A stretch of DNA of 64,000 nt, taken from Lingula anatina (Eukaryota > Animalia > Brachiopoda). A program made the translations under genes and the position numbers. Below, one piece after another: positions 40,043-50,403 of the stretch. Under the pieces are notes generated by a model. The model saw only the letters and a list, made by a program, of their open reading frames with translations. It did not search any database and was not told the origin of the DNA. The stretch lies in assembly GCA_051362555.1 (NCBI GenBank), contig CM120641.1, positions 35,656,401-35,720,400 on the forward strand. Direction: 5' to 3'. How positions within the stretch are numbered: the stretch's first letter is position 1; each line of letters starts with the position of its first letter.

Positions 40043-43000
40043 AAATGTTGCATAATATACAAGAAAGGCAACAGTAACGTCTTCTTAACCAAAATTTAAT
40101 TGAAAGTACAGTACTTTTTGTAAGCTTTGGAAATGTATTAGAACAAGACTAATAAGTCTAAGAGACAGAATTACGATATTATTTACTGCAGGATTAATAT
40201 TTGGAATTTAAGTTGAAACGTTCCTGATATTTTTACGTGTGGGTATTTCATTATTTCAGAACATTGTGATGAACCCTTACCAGAACTGGAGCATGGTGGG
40301 TTGCCTTTGTCTACAACATCATTGTACTTCATGGGTAGGTTATACAGATGATCATCGGGCATTGACCCATTTACTCTAAACAATGTCACGCTAAACGCAT
40401 CGCATCTTATTCATCACACGTCAATGTTACAAAGTATTAATTCTGCAGAATGTCATGCAACACAATTTCCAAATTATACACTGTCATACACACACATTTA
40501 TTGAGTGTTGTAGTGTCAAAATCTCAAACGATAACCATACATTGTACATCATAGTGATATATCACTCAGTATCCACTCTGCAGGAGGTCACGATCTGTAA
40601 TTTACACTCTCCGTCATCACTCCTTTCACAATGTATGTGCATTAATTTTCTTAATAACTGTAGGTATAGTCGGGATCTTCCTAGTGGCAGGATTAATGCA
40701 CCTCACCGAGTCCTATGCTCTGCTGCATGGCGTATGGTATCTTCTGTGTCTACCATCCGGGTATCTCCTTCTGATGATCTACAGTATTTGTAATATTACA
40801 GACAGGTCATGGGGTAGGAGGAAACTTAATTTATAGCTTTTGTTTCTCTTTATGATAAGTCCTTTGCCAGTTCAGATCTACAAATCCACTGAATTATCCA
40901 GGGTGGGCGATTTTTTAATTCGACTCTCTTCTGAATTTACCCATGATACGCACATATTATAAAACAAAATAAATAAATAGATGAATATGTATTTTTCAAT
41001 AGACAGATGCTATAATAAATGAAAAAAGTAAAAGCACATTATTTTCTCCTTTGTATGTCACAATATCAGTTTTAATTGAAATCAAAATCGAAATGTTATT
41101 ATAGCCTGTAAAAACTTGACAAGGCATTAATTTTATAAGCGATTCCTTGATTTAAGGTACTCGAGAGGAAAAAAAGGAGAGCACCAAGGTTATAAGGAGC
41201 CACAAGACGTGGAAGGACAGGGCAATACAGATCTATAAGGGTTTCCTATGTTGGTATGTCATATAAATATAGATATATATTTTACAAACTGTCCATCAGA
41301 ACAGTGACATCGATTCACATCGGCAATAGAGATTAATATCGTGCATATATTGATTGAACAGGATTTAAAATGGACCGATATGGTTGAATATCGTAGCTTT
41401 TATTATTGACTAAGAAACACTTTATGCATCATCAAACGAAGGAAAGCAGATATGAGAACAAAAGGTATGTAAAACAGCACACTTAGGCGCCATCACAACA
41501 AGCTGAAATTAGACAAAAAATAATGGTTAACATTTTCTTTCTTTCAGTTGTTTCTATCCACAACGGGACAGTGTTACAAGAAAAGATATGGTGGACGCGG
41601 AAGTTCAGACGACTGCTAACTTGCAGCAGCAAATGTCACAAGAAGCGTTTTCTAGTTTGGCATCCATTGACGAAACGAGGTCATCCACATATATGTATAC
41701 GTCGTATACGGAGCAGGTGACACTACTGGTTGTATACGCATAAGAATGTAGTTCATAAATGGATGAAAATGTAAAGTAAAAGTATTTCAAAAAGGAAAAT
41801 ATTCAAAGTCCCCCCCCCCCCCATCAACACTCATCTGGATGCGATACATTTTCATTAATTTTTCCTGAATGACCTGAAACATGATTGATATCAATGAGGA
41901 TATTATTTTGGATCTGTTAAGACAAAGGTTTTGCATTGAAATAGAACAAGTTTTGCCATTTATTTACATCCATAAGTGTAGCTTCTTTATGCAATCATTT
42001 TATTTACATTTCTAGGGAAATGGAGGGCAAGGAAGAACGGAGGAAGAGGAGTTATACAGACAGAGTCTCAGAAGTAAAGCAATATCACACGATATAAGAA
42101 TTGATCCGTGAACATTTCATAAGGCTTTGGTTACAAAAAATGATGTATTTGTGAAAGCTTTAAAGGTGAAATTAGGAAGTTAAAATAACAAACAAATATC
42201 CCGGTAAATAAAATGACGCCCAAGTAAGTGTGTTAACTTCAATTACAAAAAGTGATAGGGGTCTATATCTATTACTTAATTTACTTGTGTAGGAACAGGT
42301 TGCATTTAATTTGTACATTGGGGTAATGGGCAGGGCCCTGGCATTTTTTAAAATTAAAAAAAGCAACATGTGTAACTTTCCCTTTTCATGAAAAATACAA
42401 TTAAAAAAAACTCAAACCCTATTTATAACGTATTTAAACAAATCTAATTGAATTATTATTGCAGATGTAGAGGGCAGTTTTCGTCACCCTGGTGAATCGC
42501 GCCATGGTACGACACAGGACGACGATGAAGCCATACCGGTAGAAAAGTGGCTAGATAAGGAATTAGTGAGTGAAAATCCTCCAATGTTGACAAAATGTTT
42601 ATTCATGAGGCCCTACATTTACCCAGATAAAGAAGAAGCTATTTGGGCACCATTGCTTATTTAAATATTTTTTCTTCGGTTTCAAACGGTTTTAAACTCG
42701 AGACACTACCTAAGTCATAACACCACAATTTGCATTTAAAAGAATCATTTCTGTCTTTAAAAGTATTTAAATAAAGCGATTCAGTATTTATAATAATTTT
42801 TTGCAGAGAAAGTACAGCGAGAAGTTTATTGAACAAGGCTTTGAGAATACCAATTTTATTGCTGGTATGACAGAGAAAGAGTTGGAGGCGTGTGGCGTCA
42901 CGGTGAAGGCTCATCGCAAGGCAATTCTGGAGCAAATTAGGCAGCTGCCAGATTATGAAATAGAAGCTTCCATACCGGTAATTAAATAAGTGTTTAGAAC

Positions 43001-45301
43001 TTGAGAACACAGTTGAGTTTTTCAGTATAAAGTCTTATAAACATTAACTTAGTTTCAATAGAATGCTTGTATAAGACTGCGTTAAATCAACAAGGGTATT
43101 TTGTACAGTACGTTGTCTATACTAAATCGGCGTACTTAGTGAGCACCTCTACATATATTATGGTCTTACATCTTTACAGAAAGACTCGTTAGACTGGTTG
43201 ACTACTCTCGGACTGACCCAGTATCACAAATACTTCAAAAGAAACAGAATTATACACCGCAAAGATTTTGAAATCTTAAAGGGAATGTCACAGGAAGAAA
43301 TTAAAAAGGACCTGCATGTGCAGAAGCCAGGTATGTTGAAATAAGTGACTGCGTTGTTATGAACAAATAATATAACAGAATCGCATTAAAAACCCAAAAA
43401 TGTTTATTGGAAAATCCTGAATGACACCGCAAACCTTCAATATTCATAAGAGGTAAGGAACCCGCCCGGGTGTTCCCGTGAGTTTGGTGCCTTAGGCCCC
43501 TATTTCACACAGACCACGAATCCCACGAATCGCCAGGAATTGACAAATTTTAGGATTCGTGAGATTTTGCCAATTTTCTGGTCTTATTCGACACGCTCAC
43601 GATTCACTTACGATACAGGTACGATTGGTTACGAATATTCGTGGGATTCGGCTGGAATCGTGAGATTTTGCCAATTTTCTGGTCTAATTCGACACGCTCT
43701 ACGATTCAGTTACGATACAGGTGCGATAGTGTTACGAATATTCGTGGGATTCGGCTGGAATCGCACGAATGTTGTCCAGAAATTCACTACGATTTTTTGG
43801 AATCGGGAGTTCGTGGCCAAAACTATGAACAGCTCAAAATTTTTGCCACGAATTCCCGATTGATCAAGAAGTGCAAGAACTGACTACGAATATATACGAA
43901 TCTGTTAAGAACTTCACGAACTGATTACGATTCAACCACGAATCGTGAAATTTGTCAATTCATGGCCATTCGTGGTCTGTGTGAAATAGGGGCATAATAG
44001 ATCTGGCGGTGTGGCAGGAATGGTAGTCCTAGGAGTGGAAGTCCTGGGTCCCATATGATTAGCACATATAAGGGTTAGTTGGAAAATTGGGTTAGTACGT
44101 ATATGTGACAGATGTCACCTGTACAAAAAAAAAGGGGGGACACGGACTACGCTTACTAGTGGACTACCATTCCTGTCACACACCGGTATAGCATTTAACA
44201 CACTGATCCTGAGCAGATACGCGCCCAAATGTTATCTACTGACATGCGACAATGCCACCCTGAGCTTCAGAGATAACTTGACACTAACCTCTTCACTATA
44301 GCCTATCTTCATCGTTTCAAGTTATCTCTGAAGCTCAGGGTGGACAATGCAAACAGAGGTGACCTTTTGCTACGCATGACTGACAGCTGAATACTTTATT
44401 TGGGGCTTAACGAACATTTATAACCTGTCAAACTTTCGCCTGGATGGATAGAAGAATAACAAAGCAACAAATCGCCCGCATTTGTGTGATGACAGTTTAC
44501 TGTTCCATATTTCAGGTCACTTGAAATTCCTCCTTAAAGCTATCAAAAAACTAAGGTGGCCGACTGAAGGTAAGGATATCAAAAACTTCGTGTAGAATCT
44601 CCTCACCCAAATATAAGGTTCATGTAGATTATAAATATCATTGCTTGATATAATATAATATAATATAATATAATATAATATAATATAATATAATATAAAG
44701 CTATCACTAAGTAACTAATCAATTGAATTTTTCCTTTGTCAGAAAACACCATTGTCCGTCTGACAAAGAAATGCTGCTTGTCATATTTTAATTGTCGTCA
44801 TTTTGTAACCCCCAGACACATATACCCAGCTTGTGGCGCTTGGAACTATTTTTTGAATATCACTATTACTGTATATGAGTGTTGCTTTTTTTTTTATTTC
44901 ATTAGAGGAGTTGCGTATTCAAGATGCTCGCTTGCAGTTTGATAACATCAACTTATTTGACATGCGCGCTATCAACAAAGCGGAACACGATTTTTGGTGC
45001 AGTCTCAGGAAAAGGTGTCTCTTACCCGAGTCCAAGATTTTTGGGACAGAGGATGAATTAAAAGGTAAAGTCGGTAATATATTATCGTCGAGATACCTAC
45101 ACATGGGTAACGGCGCTGGAAACACATCTGTTGTGCGAACAGGGAGAAGACACCACCACGCTCGGCGTGGACACCACATACACGATGACACACCTAACAC
45201 CGCCATTTCGGTATTTAATAGTATAGTGCTGAACTCTGTACATGCATAAAATAGTCCTATCCAAAATGCATAGAAAATTCAGCGCGGAACGGCATGTCTT
45301 C

Positions 45302-45349
<48 letters not shown>

Positions 45350-46354
45350 CCTAATGGCCCCACATTAAAATTTTCCAGACATTCACAATAAAAACATTTT
45401 AATAGCGGATAAAAGTATCAGACTTAAATTGAAATTCTTTTTTTTAGCCAAACTCGTTGATCTGAGGAACGGGTACCTCATGATATTTGCTGTAGTCAAT
45501 AGTTTGTGGCTGATCTTCATCATGCTGCTGACCAATCAAAAGGTTTTGTTTTTACTCGGATCAAATCCTTTAGGTAAGATTTAAAAGTAGGGTATTAGAC
45601 AGCGGCTAATTTCAATTAAACATCTAGTAAAGCCCCCTTTACACTGGACGGCGTCCCTTCTGCGTCCAGCAGTTCGGCCCCATTTCAGAGTTAAAGAATT
45701 ATAATACTAACGTGCCGACAACTGGCCGATCATTGAGCATTCATTCTGATACCAAATCAATGCTCGTGCCTCCTTATTAAGACCACAGCGATGCCAAATT
45801 TCATGGTCGCAGAAAGGACGCCGTCCAGTGTAAAGGGGGTATAAGACACAGTTAATGATACATATAAAGTTAGTTGCGGGCAATCCTGTTGTCTGTCGTT
45901 GATGTTAATTCTTCTTGATCTGAAACTAAGCAGCTTTTTAATTCAGGTTCCAGTCGGATAAAACTATATTATTCCATGGTATATTTCAGGCTTAGCCTTT
46001 CTGTTCGTTTTCGGCTTCGTTCTGATTATTCAGTTCCTGGCAATGATTGTACATCGGTTTGCTGCGTGGATGCACATGATTGCGCGTGCCCCGTACAAGT
46101 TCGGGCAGCCCTATCACACAAACTGGGCGTTCAATCCCCAAGAGGAGGATTTCATCGACCGTCGAATCGCACAGGAGGGCCAAGAACGGGCTCGGCGAAG
46201 GACCGAACACAATGTAGAAGTACGTGTCAGGAAAAAGCAGGTACGAAAGCTACCTGTCTCTGAAGTGGAAACTAGCTTCAAAGCTGGCGACAACCCAGAC
46301 ATCAATACGCCATTGTTGAGGGAATCACGGAAAAGCACTTCTTACGTGACATAA
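32880..46354 (+). CDS. CHS: Chitin synthase (GT2) with N-terminal TM block, catalytic domain, C-terminal TMs and two tandem SAM domains, about 1521 aa
   Basis: Twenty-three phase-consistent exons: 32880-33335, 33884-34933, 35171-35320, 35925-36093, 36613-36737, 37007-37085, 37458-37654, 38282-38449, 38874-39129, 39383-39498, 39777-39900, 40260-40334, 40664-40813, 41157-41253, 41548-41716, 42016-42073, 42465-42565, 42807-42977, 43180-43330, 44516-44569, 44906-45064, 45448-45573, 45990-46354 (4566 nt). Motifs: CTTMYRE, HIFFDG, KNKKRWSQ, TTDADV, WYQIFDYAIGHW, CCPGCFSVYR, DMGEDRW, QRRRW, CNITDRSWGTRE, LVDLRN, QFLAMIVHR. The true start may lie in an upstream exon. Confidence 0.93.
35569..35846. 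mobile_element. hAT-like MITE with a 5-bp TSD
   Basis: cactgtcggattt ... ctggatccgaccctg, with AATGT on both sides (35564-35568, 35847-35851). Confidence 0.75.
39657..39695 (+). repeat. (TATC)9 microsatellite
   Basis: Direct reading. Confidence 0.95.
39705..39785 (+). repeat. 36-bp tandem repeat that duplicates the acceptor of CHS exon 11
   Basis: gttgccaaggtgagatagttttattgtattctacag at 39705-39740 and 39741-39776, followed by gttgccaaa (true exon start, 39777). Confidence 0.9.
40005..40042 (+). repeat. (GATA)9 microsatellite
   Basis: Direct reading. Confidence 0.95.
43495..43994. mobile_element. 500-bp Harbinger-type MITE with an internal tandem duplication of about 104 bp
   Basis: TIRs gcccctatttcacacagaccacgaat / attcgtggtctgtgtgaaataggggc, flanked by TTA/TAA. 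The empty site is preserved in the relic at about 54243. Confidence 0.88.
44256..44342. mobile_element. 87-bp MITE with perfect 26-bp TIRs and an 8-bp TSD
   Basis: caccctgagcttcagagataacttga ... tcaagttatctctgaagctcagggtg, with GACAATGC at 44248-44255 and 44343-44350. Confidence 0.88.
45631..45841. mobile_element. Harbinger-type MITE (211 bp)
   Basis: ccccctttacactggacggcgtcc ... ggacgccgtccagtgtaaaggggg, with a TAA TSD. Confidence 0.85.
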
Positions 46355-46886
46355 AGGCCTTTCTTTAGCTTCCAAATCCTGGCCACTCGAAATATTTTAC
46401 CAATATACACCATGACTACATGGAATTGAATATTGTCGTGTATGTGATTTCAGGCCATGGCACAGAGTATTTATATACTGTATAGCGGGTCACCATCTTT
46501 TATACATGTTTCACAATTTTACAATTGATAAAGCGAAGTCATACACTGCAACTGTAATATTTTTCTTATCTTTATTTACTCTGAAATTCTTTTATGTCAT
46601 TTATTTCTTTTATTGTCATTGAATATATTATTATAATTGTACATAAACTACATTCTTTCCTTTATCATTTTTCTACATAGTGATCCTAATCACTAATTCT
46701 AATTTTTAAAGGTAATAATAGTATGCTTTTGTTCTCACCAATTTACTTGAATAACGCCATTTTTATAAGATGTGCCAATTGATATATTTTGCTTATATTT
46801 TTGCTGAAATGACATTTAATATGCTAGATTATTAATATTGAACAACAAGGAAATGAACTTAGAGTTAAACTGTTGGAATTTTCTGC

Positions 46887-46892
46887 AATAAA
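46887..46892 (+). terminator. Candidate polyadenylation signal of chitin synthase
   Basis: AATAAA about 530 nt after the stop. It is destroyed in the non-functional duplicate near 54446. Confidence 0.45.
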
Positions 46893-47977
46893 ACACTAAA
46901 TCTTACGTAATTTCACTGCCATTTAAAAAGAAATGTATTTTATACTTTTGGGTGATGGCGATGTCAGGTCAGCTGTGGGATAGAATAAAATGGTTACGTA
47001 ACTCTGTGATTACCCATTGTGGTTAGCGGAGGTGGGGAGGGGGAGTCACAACCTGAAATTAAGGTTCCCTTTTTAACATTTATTTTTAATATTGTTATTG
47101 TAATTCTAAATTATTGAGTACACTGAAGCCATAACTTGTTAGTGAATCGTATTGTATTAATAATGTTATGAACTCTTTTTCAAATGCTGGCATTAATATT
47201 ATGTTATTTCGATCTTATTTCCAAATTAGAGTATACAGCATAGAGTGATAGAAGCGGTTAAACCTGTGCGTATAATTCCATGTTCAGAAATAAATTTCAT
47301 GTTATCTTACACAAGTTTTCATGAAAACCTTTACTGTTATCAAAACAGATCAGACTGTCAACTTTACTGATACCTACTTTACAAAGGTATTTTAGTAGGA
47401 AATGGGACTTTTTAAAGTATGTTTCAGTCATAGGCCTATCAACAGAAATGGAAATTATTTGGTATTTCATCTAACAGTCAAATATGTTTACTCTGCAATC
47501 CAAGGCAACGACCCAAAATACTATTTCACCATGTTTAACTGTTAGTGGTAATGTACGAAATACATAGGCCTACATGTATATGTAGCCTACACCGAAAATG
47601 TGTGGACGTTATATCATATTAATAAATATTAACATTTCCATAACAACTAATTCTCTTATTATTCATTTATAAATTATTGTAAACATTTTAATAGTTAAAT
47701 CATTTGTTAACACCAAGTGAACAATGTGGTATTGTGTTTTTTAGCGTACTAGTGGTTGAAAGAACCGTTGGCCTATAATTTATACTGAAAGCATATCAAT
47801 GAAGCAAATAAGTGTGATATACAGTATATAATTTTACCAGACTTCATCAAGATTTGATATACCTTTACTAATGTCACTTGCGTCTTGAGTTTCTTGTTCG
47901 GTTCAATTAGTCACGGGACCCATGACCAAGAACTTACACTTTTTCTTGTTTTACTCAGTAGTGCATTGATGTATTAC

Positions 47978-48239
47978 AGACCATTCCCAGACCCTATCGT
48001 ACTAACTTTGGATCGAACTGTCTCCGAAGGGATTCTCGCTTAATTACAATTAACTTGGGCGGCTTAGGTGTCTGTCATGCCTGTTGCAACTGATGGGCGG
48101 GTAATTAACTATAGCAGCTTTAGCAGCTTTGGTGGGGGTCCCGGACGTCTAAGCCGCTTGGGCTGAAGCAACTTAAGCGTGGGACCCCGTGGAGATGGGC
48201 CTATACTGTTAGATCGATCTAGGGATGGGAACCTAGTCT
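47978..48239. mobile_element. MITE distantly related to family H1
   Basis: agaccattcccagacccta ... gatcgatctagggatgggaacctagtct. Shares the attccca/gatcgatc termini and a gggtaattaact core with H1. Confidence 0.65.
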
Positions 48240-48987
48240 TAATGTGCAGTGTACAACAAGGGCAGCTGTCCAAAATGGATAACGTGATCACGTTTGATAG
48301 GCTGGATGGTTTTTTGTAATCAAATGCAACGCTGTCGTTGTGAATAGGTACAAATAACAAATACAATAAAACACAATAGCACTCAATTAACGTCAAAAAT
48401 TAAATACATTGTAAGAAATTCTAATAATAGGGCCTATACCAGTAAATACATCAATACAATAGGGACCCATAATACAATGACCGTTAAAATATGGTCAGAT
48501 GCAACAAATTCCGATTATTCCTTAATTTAAAAACATGTTGCGACGTAATGACTCACATTTAGCAAGGGATTTATGTCAATTGTTGTAAATAAAATTTCTC
48601 ATGATCGTTTATGTAGCAAAAATGGAGATAGGTGTGCCTTTTTATTTTATATAGGCCTGCTACGTATATAAATGTGACCTCCCAGATGTATATTTATACA
48701 ATGGCTCATGAAATATGGCTCATCTTCTCTCACTATACAAAAGGATAGAAACGGTTTTCTGGTAATATTTTGGATTAACATAGCCCTGTCTATCAATATT
48801 TAAGACGTGGAAGGTAGTTCTAAACCATGTTTGTGAGAAGTCAGAGAGCTATAATATTTCAGATAAATTTCTTTACTAAATTTCTTTACAAAACGATTTG
48901 GGAAACTTGTACGAGTGTATCTTTTTTTCTAGCCTGTAGGTCAGTTTGTTGAATTTTTTTAAAAAAAACTTACAGTGTCACTTATTT

Positions 48988-49299
48988 CCCGCACGAAAAT
49001 GCAGTAGTATCGAAGTAGCAAAAAAGCATTAACGCAGTAGTGGTGTGGAGCATATTTGCAGTAGAAATGCAGCATAGCCTACTGCAATTCTACTCCAAAA
49101 AGTACATAGGTTTGTACAGAGAGGAGCATTAATGCAGTAGATTAGCAGCATGAGAGAAGCATGTTTCAAATATGCTAATTAGCTCCCAAAGCAGATTTGA
49201 AGCATGTTTGCAGTATGATTGCAGTAGTCTACTGCGGTTTGCAGTATGACTGCAGTAGTCTACTGCGCTGGAGTATCTAGTACTGCGTTTTCTTGCGGG
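48988..49299. mobile_element. CCC-ended MITE with gcagta/tactgc subterminal repeats (EnSpm/CACTA-like), present only in duplication unit 1
   Basis: cccgcacgaaaatgcagta ... tactgcgttttcttgcggg. The paralogous site at about 58215-58230 (cactaatttgcctcaaag) is empty. Confidence 0.8.
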
Positions 49300-49986
49300 T
49301 GCCTCAAAGGCGTAAGATTTATGAAAACATAGGGTCATGGAATGGTGTCGTCTTGGATATGGATTCTTTGATTTGAGGAGATCAGTTGAGTATAGATGGT
49401 AAGGCGTCGTCTGTAGACATTTTTGCAAACATTTTATTTTTTGCCATTTTTAAAGACATTGAGTTCATAATGTTCGTTAAATCCGTTTTATAATCAAAAT
49501 CAATTTGCGATGGTTTTATAATACTTGCAACGACATATTTTATCATAACAATGGTCATTATTGCTTATTTCTTATTAATGCAAAAAAAAAAAAAAAAAAA
49601 AAAAAAAACTGTAGTCTATGTAGTCTAGCATCAAGAAAAGTTTACATTAATATTGCTGGAAACTTAAAGTTTGTAACAACAAGTTTGCAAGAAAAAATAT
49701 ATTGCTGGTAATTTGCAGCCATATTGCAGCAAATCTACGAGAAGGCATTGCAGTTTGCAGCGATATTGCAGCAAATTTACTGAAATTTGCCGCAGGCCTG
49801 ATATTTTGCTAAGGGGTGACAGTATTGTTCCAAGAACAGTGAGGTTAGTTTTCGTGAGTTGTACCGTTCTACATGGGAGGGGAGGCACGGTGTGCCTCAT
49901 ACCCTCCCCCCCAAACCCCCCAAAAAAGTACCCTCTTGTTGGAATGTGTGCTAGCTACACGTATTTGCGTTAGCCGATTTCAGCTC

Positions 49987-50151
49987 CAGGGGCGAATTTT
50001 GGCAGATTTAGTCTTCTGGAAAACGGTCAGATTTTTATGTTTACATTGACAGGTATCTATTTTTTTCTGTTTGAAGACGGTCAAAAATTGAGGATGGATC
50101 AATAAAGATAATTTGGAGGACTGTCAGAAAATATCTCTGGATCCGCCCCTG
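49987..50151. mobile_element. hAT-like MITE (caggggcg..cgcccctg) with a 5-bp TSD
   Basis: AGCTC at 49982-49986 and 50152-50156. Absent at the paralogous site (about 58825-58835). Same family as 63847-64000. Confidence 0.85.
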
Positions 50152-50403
50152 AGCTCTGATAAATGTTCACTGGTAGAAGCATTTAAAATACTTCTCATTA
50201 TATTTTCAGCAAGTCTCGATCTTTTATTTCAGCCAAATTTTCAGGGAAGCACAGGAAGCTCACCTCCACAACCAGTGGCAGTATTCTTGAGGGGAATCTC
50301 AAAAGCATACTTTTAGTCATAACAAACTGACACTCTACTTTGCAAGATTCTGAGATATTACCAAGCATACTTTAACACCTATTTTATGGTCAATTTGTAT
50401 ATC

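Noticed and set aside
43540-43883. ORFs of 107 and 80 aa with an internal repeat
   Set aside because: They lie inside the 500-bp MITE and reflect its tandem duplication. No transposase motifs.
33155-46338. Antisense or alternate-frame ORFs over CHS exons (33155-33625, 33910-34338, 44919-45206, 46114-46338)
   Set aside because: Shadow ORFs of real coding exons, with no independent motifs.
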